From the sequence record PQ898399.1: a stretch of 64,000 nucleotides of DNA; one strand, given 5' to 3'. Below, in pieces: positions 62,802-64,000 of this stretch. The position numbers were made by a program, and so were the translations under genes. Below the pieces are notes generated by a model that was not told where the DNA came from, ran no database searches, and was given only the letters and a program-made list of their open reading frames with translations. Within the stretch, counting starts at the first letter, position 1; each line of letters opens with the position of its first letter.

Positions 62802-62934
62802 TTTACTTTCGGAGTATATTGATGAAGTTATTGCGTTAATGAAGATTATATCTGTGCACGGGTATATGAGAGCCAATAACGCCTATTCAGCTTTCCGGAA
62901 GGCTTGAGGGTAATCCCATACTCACGAAAGTAAA
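62802..62934 (+). ncRNA. Unassigned structured RNA X1
   Basis: 16-bp closing helix with one bulge plus internal helices; directly 5' of tRNA-Asp. Confidence 0.55.
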
Positions 62935-62937
62935 TTT

Positions 62938-63013
62938 GGACCTATAGTTTCAGCGGTGAAAATACTCGCCTGTCACGCGAGAGTCACGGGTTCGAATCCC
63001 GTTAGGTCCGCCA
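62938..63013 (+). tRNA. tRNA-Asp(GTC)
   Basis: GGACCTA/TAGGTCC, CTCGC-CTGTCAC-GCGAG, CCA. Confidence 0.95.
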
Positions 63014-63025
63014 AATACGAGGCAG

Positions 63026-63160
63026 TTCTTGAAGATGAGTTTGAGTCCTATAAGATAATGCCGAGGACGAAGCTGTTTGTTCCCACGGGATAAGCTCTAT
63101 ATTCGGAAGATTATATCTTTAGCGTGTTCTACATCAAGCTACTTGTTAGTACTTCAAGAA
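63026..63160 (+). ncRNA. Unassigned structured RNA X2
   Basis: TTCTTGAAG/CTTCAAGAA closing helix, AGTTTGA/TCAAGCT, GTCC/GGAC, AGCT/AGCT. Confidence 0.55.
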
Positions 63161-63170
63161 TCCGGATAGA

Positions 63171-63247
63171 TGCGGGTTAACTTCAGTTGGTAGAATGACG
63201 GGTTCATATCCCGTTACGCGATGGTTCGAGTCCATCACCCGCCTCCA
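63171..63247 (+). tRNA. tRNA-Met(CAT), initiator-like
   Basis: T1:C72 mismatch, three G:C pairs in the anticodon stem (ACGGG/CCCGT), loop TT-CAT-AT, CCA. Confidence 0.85.
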
Positions 63248-63253
63248 AATAAT

Positions 63254-63329
63254 TGGGGTATAGCCAAGTTGGTAAGGCAGTAGATTTTGATTCTACGATT
63301 CCCTGGTTCGAGTCCAGGTACCCCAGCCA
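63254..63329 (+). tRNA. tRNA-Gln(TTG)
   Basis: TGGGGTA/TACCCCA, loop TT-TTG-AT, CCA. Confidence 0.95.
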
Positions 63330-63333
63330 AATT

Positions 63334-63430
63334 AGAGTGTAACGGTAAGTCCATTTATCGGAAGTGCGAACCGCGCGATAGCTGCCAATGCATAAATGGT
63401 TACTCCGTACAAGACTGGGACTCTCACTCT
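63334..63430 (+). ncRNA. Unassigned structured RNA X3
   Basis: AGAGTG/CACTCT, GTAA/TTAC, CCATTTAT/ATAAATGG. Confidence 0.5.
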
Positions 63431-63451
63431 TCTTAAATAAGCTGTCACATC

Positions 63452-63540
63452 AATATTTACTTGACGCGTCTACAAGGGTTGAACTGATCACTCTTCTCTC
63501 AATTTCGTGTGAAGGCATCATGATTGCTGGAGTGAATATT
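63452..63540 (+). ncRNA. Possible structured RNA X4
   Basis: AATATTTACTT/GAGTGAATATT closing helix just 5' of tRNA-His. Confidence 0.35.
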
Positions 63541-63543
63541 AAT

Positions 63544-63619
63544 GTGGCCGTAGTTCAGTTGGTAGAACTCGAGATTGTGATTCTCGTAGCCATGGGTTCA
63601 ACTCCCATCGGTCACCCCA
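63544..63619 (+). tRNA. tRNA-His(GTG)
   Basis: GTGGCCG/CGGTCAC, C73, loop TT-GTG-AT, CCA. Confidence 0.94.
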
Positions 63620-63623
63620 ATTC

Positions 63624-63715
63624 GGAAGCGTGGTAGAGCGGCTTATTACACCGGTCTTGAAAACCGGAGGCCGTAGTGATACGGTCCGTGGGTTCGAATC
63701 CCACCGCTTCCTCCA
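63624..63715 (+). tRNA. tRNA-Ser(TGA)
   Basis: GGAAGCG/CGCTTCC, loop CT-TGA-AA, long variable arm, CCA. Confidence 0.95.
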
Positions 63716-63719
63716 TTTT

Positions 63720-63793
63720 AGGTCTCTCGTATAGTGGTATTATCCTGAGCTCCAACCTCAGTGACGTGGGTTCGATTCCTACGGGGCCTGCCA
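63720..63793 (+). tRNA. tRNA-Trp(CCA)
   Basis: AGGTCTC/GGGGCCT, CTGAG-CTCCAAC-CTCAG, CCA. Confidence 0.92.
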
Positions 63794-63797
63794 AATT

Positions 63798-63940
63798 ATC
63801 GGTTCGAGGAATTGCCTAAGCCGTAAGCCGAGTAGCGTTTTTGACGGAACGTTCGGATATGGTAGAGGCATGGCCTTCATAAGATAAATTGTGACGTCAA
63901 TCGCAATTTAACCTGGTTCGAATCCAGGCGTTCCGTACAA
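63798..63940 (+). ncRNA. rnaC: Homologue of T4 stable RNA C (species I)
   Basis: GCCGTAAGCCGAGTAGCGTTTTTGACGGAACGTTCGGATATGG core as I recall from T4 rnaC; tRNA-like 3' end with T-arm CCTGG-TTCGAAT-CCAGG. Confidence 0.8.
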
Positions 63941-63943
63941 ATT

Positions 63944-64000
63944 GCATCCATCGTATAGCGGCTATTATGACTGGCTTCCACCCAGTAGATGAGAGTTCGA
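63944..64000 (+). tRNA. tRNA-Gly(TCC), truncated by window end
   Basis: ACTGG-CTTCCAC-CCAGT anticodon arm; T-loop begins GTTCGA. Confidence 0.88.

Noticed and set aside
62749-62907. 52-codon GTG ORF across the rnaD-like and X1 elements
   Set aside because: No SD, and it overlaps extensive helices; kept only as an alternative explanation for X1.
63035-63075. Hammerhead-like GAGTCC...GGACGAA
   Set aside because: The CUGANGA core is absent (AGTTTGA) and GAAA reads GAAG.
63388-63636. 82-aa ORF in the ORF track
   Set aside because: It runs through tRNA-His and structured spacers; no SD.
63612-63794. 60-aa minus-strand ORF (MAGPVGIEPT...)
   Set aside because: Classic antisense-to-tRNA artefact over tRNA-Ser and tRNA-Trp.

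Overview
This is a 64 kb segment of a T4-like (Tevenvirinae) myophage genome, with the + strand running in the T4 early/middle direction. Gene order follows T4: pseT, cd.x, cd, 31, rIII, 30.x, ligase (30), alt, baseplate hub genes (54, 48, 29, 28, 27, 51, 26, 25), uvsY/uvsW, inh, hoc, rnlB, head genes (24-20), tail/terminase/neck genes (19-13), wac, baseplate wedge genes (12-53), 4, 2, 3, 1, 57A, 57B, an internal head protein and a tRNA cluster cut by the window end. My impression from hoc, the tRNA content and the SLOG gene beside rnlB is a JD18-like Klebsiella phage, but that is unverified. T4 gene names come from recalled protein similarity plus synteny, not from a database search. I saw no introns, homing endonucleases or CRISPR arrays. 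The least explained signals are non-coding. (1) Four or five base-paired 90-140 nt elements sit between tRNAs, two sharing an exact 13-mer. (2) A ~300 nt multi-helix region with competing pairings lies between rIII and 30.9. (3) Several tRNAs are non-canonical (C33 Ile, long-arm Asn, His without G-1, fMet-like). (4) Many promoters have their -10 box in the loop of an inverted repeat. Protein candidates for counter-defence are a stand-alone SLOG/DprA-like gene, an ip1-locus internal protein, 57B (Acb1) and a 52-aa helicase-Walker-A-like mini-protein.
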